The notes beneath the pieces were generated by a model. The model was given only the letters and a program-made list of their open reading frames with translations, had not been told where the DNA came from and made no database searches. A stretch of 34,395 nt of DNA. Origin: Fidelibacterota bacterium (lineage in GTDB: Bacteria; Fidelibacterota; UBA8477; JABMPR01). Below are positions 15,264-24,687 of the stretch, piece after piece. The stretch lies in NCBI GenBank assembly GCA_029939675.1, contig JAOZSM010000004.1, positions 1 through 34,395 of the forward strand, in the 5' to 3' direction. Position numbers and translations under genes: made by a program. Each line of letters begins with the position of its first letter. Position 1 is the stretch's first letter.

Positions 15264-16140
15264 TGATCTTTCCAATCGTGGTATGCCTGTGCTCACGGAC
15301 CCCATCAAACAGACTCTGTCGATCTGATGCATCCTTAGAGGGCAGTTTTAATAAATTTCTAGTCATTAACTTCAATGCATTTGCGGGTCGTGAATTAGGA
15401 TATTCCAAAACAACAGGAGTCTGCCGACGAACGGCATCCTGAATAACTTCATCCCGCAGTATTGCGCCCCCAAAAACGATCTTATTATGGAGGAAACGCT
15501 GGACCATAAGATTCATTTTCTTAAAAAGATTTTCACCTTCATCTTCGCTATGAACCATATTTGTAACCAGCATAAGGGGTAGTTCTGGAGCTTTTTGGAG
15601 CAAGATCTTGATCACGCCATACGCATCGGCGATTGAGGCTGGATCAGGAGTTACTACAACAATCACCTTATCCGCTCCCAGTGAAAAGGAGGTCACATTC
15701 CGACCAATACCGGCACCTGTATCAACAATCACCAGATCATAATTGTGCTCAAACCCCAGAAAAGCATCTCCCAGGCGTTTGATTACCTGATCCTCAGCAT
15801 CGATCATATCCAATACAGCTGATGATGCCGGCAAAACATCAATTCCAGTGGGTCCCTTTACAATAATATCAGCTAAGGTCTTCTCGCCTGACATGACTTC
15901 TGCCAAAGTTGCACTGGGACGGATTCCCAACAGAAGATCAACATTACCCAAATGTATATCAGCATCAACCAACAGTACATTTTTCTTAAGCCGCCTTAGC
16001 AACAGAGCCAGATTGACACTGATGTTGGTCTTACCCACTCCCCCTTTACCTGAGGTCACAGCAAATATTTCAGGACGATTTTTATCGACCCTTAAATTCG
16101 AAAGTGTGAAAATGCTGGGGGTTGTGCGAGATTCTAGCAT
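15247..16140 (-). CDS. flhG: Flagellar number/placement regulator FlhG (MinD-like ATPase, YlxH/FleN)
   Basis: 297 aa. Deviant Walker A AVTSGKGGVGKTNISVNLAL, then LLVDADIHLGNVDLLLG and DLVIVDTGAGI. Directly downstream of flhF. Confidence 0.85.
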   Translation of the reverse strand: MLESRTTPSIFTLSNLRVDKNRPEIFAVTSGKGGVGKTNISVNLALLLRRLKKNVLLVDADIHLGNVDLLLGIRPSATLAEVMSGEKTLADIIVKGPTGIDVLPASSAVLDMIDAEDQVIKRLGDAFLGFEHNYDLVIVDTGAGIGRNVTSFSLGADKVIVVVTPDPASIADAYGVIKILLQKAPELPLMLVTNMVHSEDEGENLFKKMNLMVQRFLHNKIVFGGAILRDEVIQDAVRRQTPVVLEYPNSRPANALKLMTRNLLKLPSKDASDRQSLFDGVREHRHTTIGKINDQTS

Positions 16141-17288
16141 TAGTTATCCAGGGCGTTAATCAGTTTATCCCATACATAAATTCCGTTGGGAATGTGAATT
16201 GTCTCGGGAATTTTTTGACCATCACATACAAAAGCGATTGGTAATCCAATTTCAGCAGCCAAAGTTACCATTTTGCCTTGTTTGCAGGTTTCATCCAGTT
16301 TTGAAAAGATCAACCCGGTTGGTTTCAGAGGCATGAATAATCCGGTGGACATAAATAAGTCATCAAGGTCTGAAGCCATGCTCAATGTGAGTAGGATATC
16401 CGTTGGATTAAGAACATTAAAATATTCCTGCATCTCATGTATGAATCCCTGAAAAGATGGACTTCTGGCAGGTGTATCCACCAGGACCAGATCATACTCC
16501 TGCAAGCTGGTCATGACCGTATTCAATTCATCCAGGTTGCGCGTCCTGTGGAAGGGAATCTTGGTAATCTGCGAGAATACCTCCAGCTCACTGCTGGCTG
16601 CCATGCGATAACTATCTGTTGAAACAATGGCTATTTTCTTGGCGCCCATGAGTGATGGTTTTGAAGCCAATTTCATAATGGTTGTGGTCTTACCAACTCC
16701 AGTGGCTCCCATTAATACTGATACCCGGGGACCTGCTTTAGGTTTCTGGATATAGCTATCATATCCCTGAAACAGTGCTGATATTTCACTCTGGATCAAA
16801 TGGAAGGCATGGCGTTCACTCACTACATCATGTTCTTTGAGATGTGCTTGTGAGCGTCTGACCAGCATGGCGGCATGAGTCTTTGATAAACCGGCACTGA
16901 CCAGTTTCTGGTGGACACCACCAAATGGATATGGAAAATTATGTATTTCAGCTCGTTTTAAGGCTCGTTGTGCCTGATCCAACTCACGCCGCAATGTCCT
17001 AACTTCTTTTTCAAGTTCTGGATCACCTGCTTGTGTTGTTCCATTCTGATCGATGAGCGAGGTCAGGTATTCTTTGAATTGTTGAGCTTCAGGATCATCA
17101 GACTGTAGAGCAGTAGCAGCTGTCATGGTTTCCAGGACTGGCGATTGGCTACCAGGAAAAGGCTGCAAATTTCGCTGTGCTTCGTTGATCTTTGAGATAT
17201 TAGCCAAGGCCTCAGCTTTGGCCGATTCGCGTCTGGCCTGACTCAAAAAACCCTGCAAATCTTTGCTGTTCATTGTTGCATTATCCAT
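16140..17288 (-). CDS. flhF: Flagellar SRP-type GTPase FlhF (variant G3 motif DTPA)
   Basis: 382 aa. G1: VLMGATGVGKTTTIMKLA. G2: VSTDSYRMAASSELEVF. G3: LVLVDTPARSP. G4: IFSKLDETCKQG. Context is flhA-flhF-flhG. Confidence 0.9.
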   Translation of the reverse strand: MDNATMNSKDLQGFLSQARRESAKAEALANISKINEAQRNLQPFPGSQSPVLETMTAATALQSDDPEAQQFKEYLTSLIDQNGTTQAGDPELEKEVRTLRRELDQAQRALKRAEIHNFPYPFGGVHQKLVSAGLSKTHAAMLVRRSQAHLKEHDVVSERHAFHLIQSEISALFQGYDSYIQKPKAGPRVSVLMGATGVGKTTTIMKLASKPSLMGAKKIAIVSTDSYRMAASSELEVFSQITKIPFHRTRNLDELNTVMTSLQEYDLVLVDTPARSPSFQGFIHEMQEYFNVLNPTDILLTLSMASDLDDLFMSTGLFMPLKPTGLIFSKLDETCKQGKMVTLAAEIGLPIAFVCDGQKIPETIHIPNGIYVWDKLINALDN

Positions 17289-19329
17289 TTGGGTACCTCA
17301 CTGCTCCAACTGATTTAAGATTAGTGTCAGATGTCAATTCAGAATAGGAAAGCACTGAAACATCTGGTAAGACCTGATCGATGAAATTTTTTACATGCCG
17401 TCTGATCTGGGGACTGACCAGAAGCGCCGGTCGAGATCCTTCAGCTAACATGGCTTGAACTTTCTCACCAATGGAATCAAAGATCATATTCACTTCCATC
17501 GGTGAAAAACCCAGATTAAAGGTTTGCATATTACCACCCTTGATAAAACCTGATATTTTATCTTCCAACTGTGGTTCAAGTGTGGCAATGGTTACCTGCC
17601 CCGTATTCTGTTTGTAATTAGCCGTAATAATATCTGATAACGAGGACCTGACATACTCGGTGAGTATATCGGGATCTTTGGTCATGCCACCGTAGTCAGC
17701 AATAGTTTCCAGGATGGTGACTAGATTTCGAATCGGGAGTTTCTCTCTCAATAAATTACGTAATACTTTAGTTACAACGCCCAGGGGAATAATATCTGGA
17801 ACAAGACCATCAACAACTGCTGAGTGGCTCTCTTTGAGGTGATCAAGCATGCGTTGAGTTTCCTGTCGATCCAACAGTTTGTGAGAATTGGCTTTCAGGA
17901 CTTCAATCAAATGAGTAGCAATAACAGCTGGAGCTTCCACAACGGTATAGCCTGACATTTCCGCCTTATCTCGTTCACGATCATTGATCCATAATGCTGG
18001 CAATCCAAAAGTAGGTTCAGTGGTCTTAACTCCCTGCAGGTCAATCCGTTCGTCTGGATTCAGAACGAGGAAGTAATTCATCATGACCGTGCCTTCGGCT
18101 ACTTCAATCCCATTTATCTTGAAAGCATATGCATTGGATTTTAGTTGAATGTTATCCCGGATTCTGATGGGTGGAACGATCAAACCCAGATCCAGCGCCA
18201 CGGTTTTCCTGATTGTAGATATTTTATTGAGGAGATTACCACCTTGCCCGGCATCAACCATGGGAATCAAGCTATAGCCAATTTCTATTTCGAACCGATC
18301 AGGATGTAAGAATTCTTCAATTTTCTCTTCTGGAATGGGTTCTGGTTCTTTTTCCTCAGCTTGCTCCAATTCCATAATCTCACGGTCTTTTCTCAAACTT
18401 GCAGTATAACCTAATCCACCCACAATGAGGGCCATAATGGCGAAGGGCACAAAAGGTAGTCCTGGCACCACTCCCAATCCAAACAGGACTCCAGCAGCAA
18501 TATAGGTGGCCTTAGGTTCATTACCCAATTGCTTGGCTATTTCAATCCCCAATTGGGTAGATCCAGTTGCCCGGGTAATGATGATCGCTGATGCAGTAGA
18601 GATGATTAGAGCAGGAATCTGGGCTACCAATCCATCACCAATGGTCATTAGTGAATAGATCGAAGCAGCTTCACCAACTGGCAAACCACGTTGCAGAACC
18701 CCAATAGCCAAACCACCCAGAATATTGACTGCTGTGATCAATAAACCAGCAACCGCATCACCCCGGACGAACTTTGCAGCTCCATCCATGGCGCCATAAA
18801 AATCAGCTTCAGAGGCGATTTCTTCACGACGGAGTTTGGCTTCATGGTCATCCATTAGTCCAGCATTCAGATCAGCATCGATGGCCATTTGTTTCCCAGG
18901 CATGGCATCCAGGGTAAACCGGGCTGATACTTCAGCAATACGCGTGGCACCCTTGGTGATCACTGTAAAGTTGATGATGACCAGGATCAGGAAAATAACA
19001 GCTCCTACTACAAAATTTCCCTGAACCACAAAGTTACCAAAGGATTCAACAATCTCACCAGCATAGCCGTCTCCCAGGATCAAACGGGTTGTGGCAACAT
19101 TTAAGGAGAGCCTGAAAAGGGTAACTACCAGCAACAAACCGGGGAAAACTGAAAAATCAAGCGGCTTCTTTACATAAAGCGCTACTAAAAGAATGACCAA
19201 TGCACCACTGATATTCATGACCAGCATCACATCCATGAGAAATGTCGGCAGAGGCAGGATCATGATACCCAGAATGAGTATGATGGCTCCTGAAAGGACG
19301 TAATTGCTTAAATTTCCTTGGTTAGACAT
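17281..19329 (-). CDS. flhA: Flagellar type III export gate protein FlhA
   Basis: 682 aa. TM domain with FVVGAVIFLILVIINFTVITKGATRIAEVSARFTLDAMPGKQMAIDADL and FYGAMDGAAKFVRGDA, plus the cytoplasmic C-terminal domain. Confidence 0.97.
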   Translation of the reverse strand: MSNQGNLSNYVLSGAIILILGIMILPLPTFLMDVMLVMNISGALVILLVALYVKKPLDFSVFPGLLLVVTLFRLSLNVATTRLILGDGYAGEIVESFGNFVVQGNFVVGAVIFLILVIINFTVITKGATRIAEVSARFTLDAMPGKQMAIDADLNAGLMDDHEAKLRREEIASEADFYGAMDGAAKFVRGDAVAGLLITAVNILGGLAIGVLQRGLPVGEAASIYSLMTIGDGLVAQIPALIISTASAIIITRATGSTQLGIEIAKQLGNEPKATYIAAGVLFGLGVVPGLPFVPFAIMALIVGGLGYTASLRKDREIMELEQAEEKEPEPIPEEKIEEFLHPDRFEIEIGYSLIPMVDAGQGGNLLNKISTIRKTVALDLGLIVPPIRIRDNIQLKSNAYAFKINGIEVAEGTVMMNYFLVLNPDERIDLQGVKTTEPTFGLPALWINDRERDKAEMSGYTVVEAPAVIATHLIEVLKANSHKLLDRQETQRMLDHLKESHSAVVDGLVPDIIPLGVVTKVLRNLLREKLPIRNLVTILETIADYGGMTKDPDILTEYVRSSLSDIITANYKQNTGQVTIATLEPQLEDKISGFIKGGNMQTFNLGFSPMEVNMIFDSIGEKVQAMLAEGSRPALLVSPQIRRHVKNFIDQVLPDVSVLSYSELTSDTNLKSVGAVRYPNG

Positions 19330-19338
19330 ATCTACACC

Positions 19339-20427
19339 CTAGGCTACAGCCCTGGGAACCCTTGATTTGTTCATTTTGTAGACTTCAGCCAGAATTTCTG
19401 CTATGGCTTCATAAAAAAATATGGGAATCTCACTTCCCGGTTGGGCGTAATCATAGAGACCGCGCGCTAATGCTTTGTTTTCAATAATTGGAATTTCATT
19501 TTCAATAGCGATGGCCTTGATCTTTTGAGCCAGCTTACGTTTTCCTTTTGCCAATACCTTGGGTGCATCAGTTTTGGAGACAGGATCATATTTGATGGCA
19601 ATAGCAATGAAAGTCGGGTTTGTTACCACAACAGTAGCATCTGGAACAACCTGGATCATTCTGGCTCGGGAGGCCCGCAGCATGGCTTGTTTGATCTTCC
19701 CTTTCATCTGCGGATTGCCCTCATACTGTTTGGATTCTTCTCTAACCTCCTGCTTGGTCATTTTTAACTGTTTGTTATGATCGTACTTTTGGTAGGAAAA
19801 ATCAGCAACACCGATCACTATGAGTAACAAACCAATCTTAGTCGCCAATTCGAAGAGGATCGCGCCTAAATAAGACATGGTGCCAGGAACTGTATCAAAG
19901 GCCAATAGCCAGAACTCATCCAGATGCTGCCGAATAACATATAAGCTCACATAGGCCACCAAAACAATCTTCGCTATTCCCTTCACCAGATCGACTATTT
20001 TGGTCATGGAGAACATACGCTTAATCCCTTGGGCAGGACTGATCTTATCAAATTTCGGGGTGAGAGCTTTCTTGGCAAAAATGACACCGACCTGTAAATA
20101 GTTAATCACCAGGGCTGCCACCAGCAACAGGCTGAAGATCGGACTTACAATAAAGGCAAAAAGTTTGAAAAATTCTGATCCATAAAAAGAAACTGTATCC
20201 ATAGTGATCACTATGTGGGCTGAATTGGAATAGACATCCATCATGAAACCAGTAAAAGCTGCCAGAATTTCCTTGATAGCATAACTGATTCCAAAAATTC
20301 CAGCAAAGAGAAGTGCCACGGAGTTAAGATCCTGACTCTTGGCAACATTTCCCTTATCCTTGGCATCTTCCTGCCTTTTCGGGGTCGCTTGTTCGGTTTT
20401 GTCTTGAGCTGACTGTTGTTCGGCCAT
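19339..20427 (-). CDS. flhB: Flagellar type III export switch protein FlhB (NPTF instead of NPTH)
   Basis: 362 aa. N-terminus QDKTEQATPKRQEDAKDKGNVAKSQDL, four TM helices, and a C-terminal domain with VVVTNPTFIAIAIKY and PIIENKALARGLY. Confidence 0.95.
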   Translation of the reverse strand: MAEQQSAQDKTEQATPKRQEDAKDKGNVAKSQDLNSVALLFAGIFGISYAIKEILAAFTGFMMDVYSNSAHIVITMDTVSFYGSEFFKLFAFIVSPIFSLLLVAALVINYLQVGVIFAKKALTPKFDKISPAQGIKRMFSMTKIVDLVKGIAKIVLVAYVSLYVIRQHLDEFWLLAFDTVPGTMSYLGAILFELATKIGLLLIVIGVADFSYQKYDHNKQLKMTKQEVREESKQYEGNPQMKGKIKQAMLRASRARMIQVVPDATVVVTNPTFIAIAIKYDPVSKTDAPKVLAKGKRKLAQKIKAIAIENEIPIIENKALARGLYDYAQPGSEIPIFFYEAIAEILAEVYKMNKSRVPRAVA

Positions 20428-20431
20428 GCGC

Positions 20432-21217
20432 TCACGCTCCCTTTAAAGCCTGCATCGTGTTGAACAAGTTCTCCTGCATGCCCTGATAGACGATATCGAA
20501 TAACATCGCGAACATGTCCAGAGAAATAACTAATACAATCAGTCCAGTAGCGATTTTCAAGGGCAGAGTAACCATGAAGATATTCATTTGGGGCATGATC
20601 CTGGCCGTAAATGCTATGGATGTATCCACTAACAGCAGAAAAACGATGGCTGGTGCTGCAAATTGAAAAGTATTTAAAAAGGCAATCGATCCAGTGTTCA
20701 GAAGCAGCCTTCCCGCTGTGGCGCTTAGCACTCCAGTTCCCACTGGTATGGTCTCAAAATTGCGATACAAGGTTTCAAATAGCATTTGATGGCCATTGAT
20801 TGCCAAGAAGTAAGACACAACCACCAAAAGCCAGAATTGACTGACAATGGGAATTTGACCCGTACTGGTTGGATCCATTACATTGGCCATAGCAATACCC
20901 ATTTGGCGTCCAATAATGGCTCCAGCCCAGCTAAAAGACTCAAAAATTACTCGAGTCCCCAATCCTAATAAGAGCCCTATGAGTAACTCTTTAAAGACTG
21001 CCAGGATCAGTTCTGAATTGTTGGCAAACTGCAGACTTGATTGCTCGATCAATGGGAATAGTACAAAAGTCATTACCAAAGCCATTATTATGCGAATCCG
21101 AGTTGTGATCATGGGATAGCTGATGATCGGCAAGGTAATCATTAGACCCGACAAACGTACAAACGTCAGGATAAATGCTGGCATGACCAGGGCTAGTCTG
21201 TCAATCAACTCATACAT
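20432..21217 (-). CDS. fliR: Flagellar export apparatus protein FliR
   Basis: 261 aa polytopic membrane protein in the fliP-fliQ-fliR-flhB position. FTFVRLSGLMITLPI is typical of FliR. Confidence 0.9.
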   Translation of the reverse strand: MYELIDRLALVMPAFILTFVRLSGLMITLPIISYPMITTRIRIIMALVMTFVLFPLIEQSSLQFANNSELILAVFKELLIGLLLGLGTRVIFESFSWAGAIIGRQMGIAMANVMDPTSTGQIPIVSQFWLLVVVSYFLAINGHQMLFETLYRNFETIPVGTGVLSATAGRLLLNTGSIAFLNTFQFAAPAIVFLLLVDTSIAFTARIMPQMNIFMVTLPLKIATGLIVLVISLDMFAMLFDIVYQGMQENLFNTMQALKGA

Positions 21218-21486
21218 TATTGCACCATAAGTGGAATTTGGGCATAGAGTTCACGGGTGAAGGTCAACAGAATATCCAGAAACCAGGGAATCAAGAGCAT
21301 CAGGATCAGACCGACTACCGCCATTTTGGGGATGAAGGTAAGAGTCATCTCATTGATCTGCGTTACTGCCTGAAAAATACCTACACTGAGTCCAACAAGC
21401 AGTCCGGCTCCCAGCAGGGGTGATAAAATTAAAATGGCCGTACTCAAGGTTTCCCGGCTTAAATAAAGGACGTATTCAGAGGTCAT
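21217..21486 (-). CDS. fliQ: Flagellar export apparatus protein FliQ
   Basis: 89 aa with two TM helices. LLVGLSVGIFQAVTQINEMTLTFIPK is the FliQ signature. Confidence 0.9.
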   Translation of the reverse strand: MTSEYVLYLSRETLSTAILILSPLLGAGLLVGLSVGIFQAVTQINEMTLTFIPKMAVVGLILMLLIPWFLDILLTFTRELYAQIPLMVQ

Positions 21487-22232
21487 TATACAAAACCCTC
21501 CACCAGCGACTTAACGATGAGATTCCAACCATCAACCAGGACAAAAAGCAATATTTTAAAGGGCATTGAGATCATTACTGGTGGTAACATCATCATTCCC
21601 ATGGAGAGCAACACGCTTGCCACAACCAAATCCAATAATAACATGGGCAGGTACAACAGGAATCCGATTTGAAATGCTGTTTTTAATTCACTGATAATGA
21701 AAGACGGTATGATGGTGGAAAAAGTTAAGTCTTCCGGAGTCTTTACATCTCCGTCTCCCTTAAGATCGATAAAAAGCTGCAAATCACTTTCCCGGGTCTG
21801 ATTCAGCATGAATTGTCTGATGGGAATTCCAGCTTTCTCGATGGCTTCATCCTGGTTAATCGTTTCACTCAGGTATGGTTGCAAAGCCTCATTATTTATT
21901 TCAGTGATGACCGGTTTCATAATAAACAGGGTCATAAATAGCGCCAGACCAATCAGGATTTGATTGGATGGAACAGCCTGGGTAGCCAGAGCAGCCCGCA
22001 AAAAATGAAACACAATGATAATTCGGGTAAAGGAGGTCATCATAATCAGGATGGATGGCGCCAGAGACAGGATAGTCATCATAGCCAGAATCTGGATCGT
22101 CATGATGAAATCACTGGGTTTCTCTGATTCCTCTATTCCCAAACTGATTTTTGGAAAAGGTGTTTGCGCAGTCAGGTACAGCGGAGTTAACACGAGCACT
22201 AACAGAATCAATATGGTAAGTGTGCGCTTCAA
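21486..22232 (-). CDS. fliP: Flagellar export apparatus protein FliP
   Basis: 248 aa. Signal peptide, then LSLAPSILIMMTSFTRIIIVFHFLRAALATQ..PSNQILIGLALFMTLFIM and MGMMMLPPVMISMPFKILLFVLVDGW. Confidence 0.95.
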   Translation of the reverse strand: MKRTLTILILLVLVLTPLYLTAQTPFPKISLGIEESEKPSDFIMTIQILAMMTILSLAPSILIMMTSFTRIIIVFHFLRAALATQAVPSNQILIGLALFMTLFIMKPVITEINNEALQPYLSETINQDEAIEKAGIPIRQFMLNQTRESDLQLFIDLKGDGDVKTPEDLTFSTIIPSFIISELKTAFQIGFLLYLPMLLLDLVVASVLLSMGMMMLPPVMISMPFKILLFVLVDGWNLIVKSLVEGFV

Positions 22233-22714
22233 GCTTTACTGGCCTTGTCTGTTTCTAAATCCAGTATGGTACCAAAAGTGGCGGTTTTTTCATCAGGATC
22301 GTCTACAGGACCAGCTAACTGAGTAAGGTAACTGATATTCGATTCAGAAATCCCCAGGAGTAAATATTTATCTTCAATCATTACTTTAAGTAAATACTGT
22401 TTATCACTGATATAATGACGTCCCAGAACATTCATGTTAAGATTATCTTTGCCCGAGATCTTCATTCGTTTTTTGTAGAATTTTAAGCCAACAATTAGAA
22501 TTACGATCATAGTTACCGTAACAATCACGACCCTGAGCAGATATCCGGAATAGATAGTGCGGGAACTGAAAGCTTCTTCTGATGCGGGAACTTGTTCAGC
22601 TACTTCTGGAGACAGAATTGAGATAAATCCCAGGATCGCCATTAAAGCGAAAATGATTGCAAACAGATTAGTTCCCTGTTTGCTGTAAACAGCCTTTTTT
22701 AACTTGGGTTTCAT
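22229..22714 (-). CDS. fliO: Flagellar biosynthesis protein FliO (FliZ in Bacillus nomenclature)
   Basis: 161 aa. TM helix followed by basic KFYKKRMK, then LNVLGRHYISDKQYLLKVMIEDKYLLLGISESNISYL, typical of FliO. Lies between fliN and fliP. Confidence 0.7.
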   Translation of the reverse strand: MKPKLKKAVYSKQGTNLFAIIFALMAILGFISILSPEVAEQVPASEEAFSSRTIYSGYLLRVVIVTVTMIVILIVGLKFYKKRMKISGKDNLNMNVLGRHYISDKQYLLKVMIEDKYLLLGISESNISYLTQLAGPVDDPDEKTATFGTILDLETDKASKA

Positions 22715-23688
22715 CCAAGACTCTTGATGCGTTCTGCCGTACCTGCCAACTGGGTGATCCGGATTCCAAAATGATCATCAACAACCACAACTTCACCCTC
22801 AGCCAGTTTGCGGCCGTTTACGAAGATTCCCAGTGGCTCTCCGGCGGCTTTATCTAACTCCACGATGGAACCTTTACCCAATTTCAAGACTTCCTTGATG
22901 AGCATGGTTTTGCGACCTAACTCAACCAGCACTTCCAGATCCACATCCAGGAGCATATTTATATTACGGGGCTGTCCGTTCCCCCCAACCCCTGCCTGAT
23001 CACCAAAACTGCCAAATTCTACTTGCTGAACATCTACATCTTCGCCAACCTCATCATCAATACTTACCCGCGAATTTGGGTCTTCTCCATTTAGCATTTT
23101 ATCGATCTCATCATCTGAAAGACCTTCACTGGAAGATTCTTCCGAAACATCAGCCAAATCGGCAAAAAGATAATGATTAACAGAAAAACTTTCTCCACCT
23201 GTTTCCAGTGTATACGTAGCTGCTGCACCATCATCAACAGTACCTGACAGATCAACCGAGCCAATGTCATCCGCAGTTAATAGCTGCAAATCAGCCACAT
23301 CCAGAGACACACCCTCACCATCAAGGACTGCCCGAATTTGACCCATGATCTGCTCTACGCCCTCTTTCAGGCCTTCAAGGTGTTCATCAGATACGGATTC
23401 ATCAGGTTCCATATCGATCATCCAGGCATAAAGATTAAGGACAAGGTTGCTGGGCAAGGTCCACACATGCTGAATGGGATATGGAGCAGTCGTGGTAAAC
23501 TGCAGGATTACTTTGGGGAAAGCCTCATTTTGAATATCAGACTTGGGTTGTCCTGACCCAATAATAGTTTGATCGATAGTAAATTCATGCTTAAAGAGCT
23601 GTGATAGCACTTCAAGAACGGTGTCGCGAATCGAATCGAAACGACTATTTAACTTTGTGTTGAAGTCTTCGTTTTTCATGACCTTCAT
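22711..23688 (-). CDS. fliN: Flagellar motor switch protein, FliN domain with a long N-terminal region (FliY-like length)
   Basis: 325 aa. The C-terminal 85 aa is canonical FliN: LLDVDLEVLVELGRKTMLIKEVLKLGKGSIVELDKAAGEPLGIFVNGRKLAEGEVVVVDDHFGIRITQL. It is preceded by a D/E-rich linker and an N-terminal region of about 170 aa. It overlaps the fliM 3' end by 44 nt. Confidence 0.85.
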   Translation of the reverse strand: MKVMKNEDFNTKLNSRFDSIRDTVLEVLSQLFKHEFTIDQTIIGSGQPKSDIQNEAFPKVILQFTTTAPYPIQHVWTLPSNLVLNLYAWMIDMEPDESVSDEHLEGLKEGVEQIMGQIRAVLDGEGVSLDVADLQLLTADDIGSVDLSGTVDDGAAATYTLETGGESFSVNHYLFADLADVSEESSSEGLSDDEIDKMLNGEDPNSRVSIDDEVGEDVDVQQVEFGSFGDQAGVGGNGQPRNINMLLDVDLEVLVELGRKTMLIKEVLKLGKGSIVELDKAAGEPLGIFVNGRKLAEGEVVVVDDHFGIRITQLAGTAERIKSLG

Positions 23689-24661
23689 CTCCGGTAATTA
23701 CATTGTGTATGCGGATTGCATTGTTCTGATTTGCTTGACCCATTGTGCCAGTATAAACCAGTCTATTCTCAGCAAAAACAGAGACTTTATCCCTGGTCCT
23801 ACCATCCAGCAGGATAACATCGCCTGCACTTAAATTCAAAAAATCATCAATCGATATCTGCCCTTTTCCCAGAACAGCTCTTAGGTTAACTGGTGTCACA
23901 GACACCGACCGCATCATTGACTTTCTTTCTTCATCTGTTCCCTCACTGGCGCCGAATAGTACTTTTTCCTGAATATCAGGACTGGAAAGGATGGTACTAA
24001 TCCAACGATAGGGGTAACAAATGTTCATCATGGACGTATTATTATGAATCTTGGCTTCCATGGAAACCACAATAACTGGTTCGGAAGCTGAGACGATCTG
24101 AACAAATTCTGGATTACTTTCAAACCGTCCAACATCAGTTGTAAACTTGCTCAGCGGCTCCCAATTCTTGCTAATCTCAAAAGCAATTCGTTCCACTACC
24201 CGATTCATGATGCGTTGTTCAATCACAGAAATTTGGCGGACCATGGGAATTAGATGTCCCTTTCCTCCAAATAGTCTTTCTACAATGAATACTACCAGTT
24301 GAGGGCTCACTTCCAGAACAAATTTACTGGGTGGGCTAGAAAATTCTCCAACATAGATAGCACCAGGAGACACAATGGACATGACGAACTCTGAATACAT
24401 GATCTGATCAATGGCCAACAAGTTCATGTCGACAATCATTCGCAATTGTGCTGAAAGATAGACACCGAAATTACGGGCCAAGCCTTCATGGATATTCTCT
24501 AATAACCGCATCTGATCTTTGGAGATCAGATTGGGTCTTTTAAAATCATACAGTGATACCTTGCCACCGCCCCTTTTGGGCTGAATATCAGTACCTTCCC
24601 CACTGGACACACTGGTCAGGAGGGAATCGATTTCTTCCTGTGACAGTATTTTAGTCATCAC
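23645..24661 (-). CDS. fliM: Flagellar motor switch protein FliM
   Basis: 338 aa. The N-terminal CheY-P docking peptide LSQEEIDSLL is followed by YDFKRPNLISKDQMRLLENIHEGLARNF and a C-terminal FliN-like domain. Confidence 0.95.
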   Translation of the reverse strand: MMTKILSQEEIDSLLTSVSSGEGTDIQPKRGGGKVSLYDFKRPNLISKDQMRLLENIHEGLARNFGVYLSAQLRMIVDMNLLAIDQIMYSEFVMSIVSPGAIYVGEFSSPPSKFVLEVSPQLVVFIVERLFGGKGHLIPMVRQISVIEQRIMNRVVERIAFEISKNWEPLSKFTTDVGRFESNPEFVQIVSASEPVIVVSMEAKIHNNTSMMNICYPYRWISTILSSPDIQEKVLFGASEGTDEERKSMMRSVSVTPVNLRAVLGKGQISIDDFLNLSAGDVILLDGRTRDKVSVFAENRLVYTGTMGQANQNNAIRIHNVITGDEGHEKRRLQHKVK

Positions 24662-24687
24662 GTTTCTCCATGCCGCTCACAACTCGC

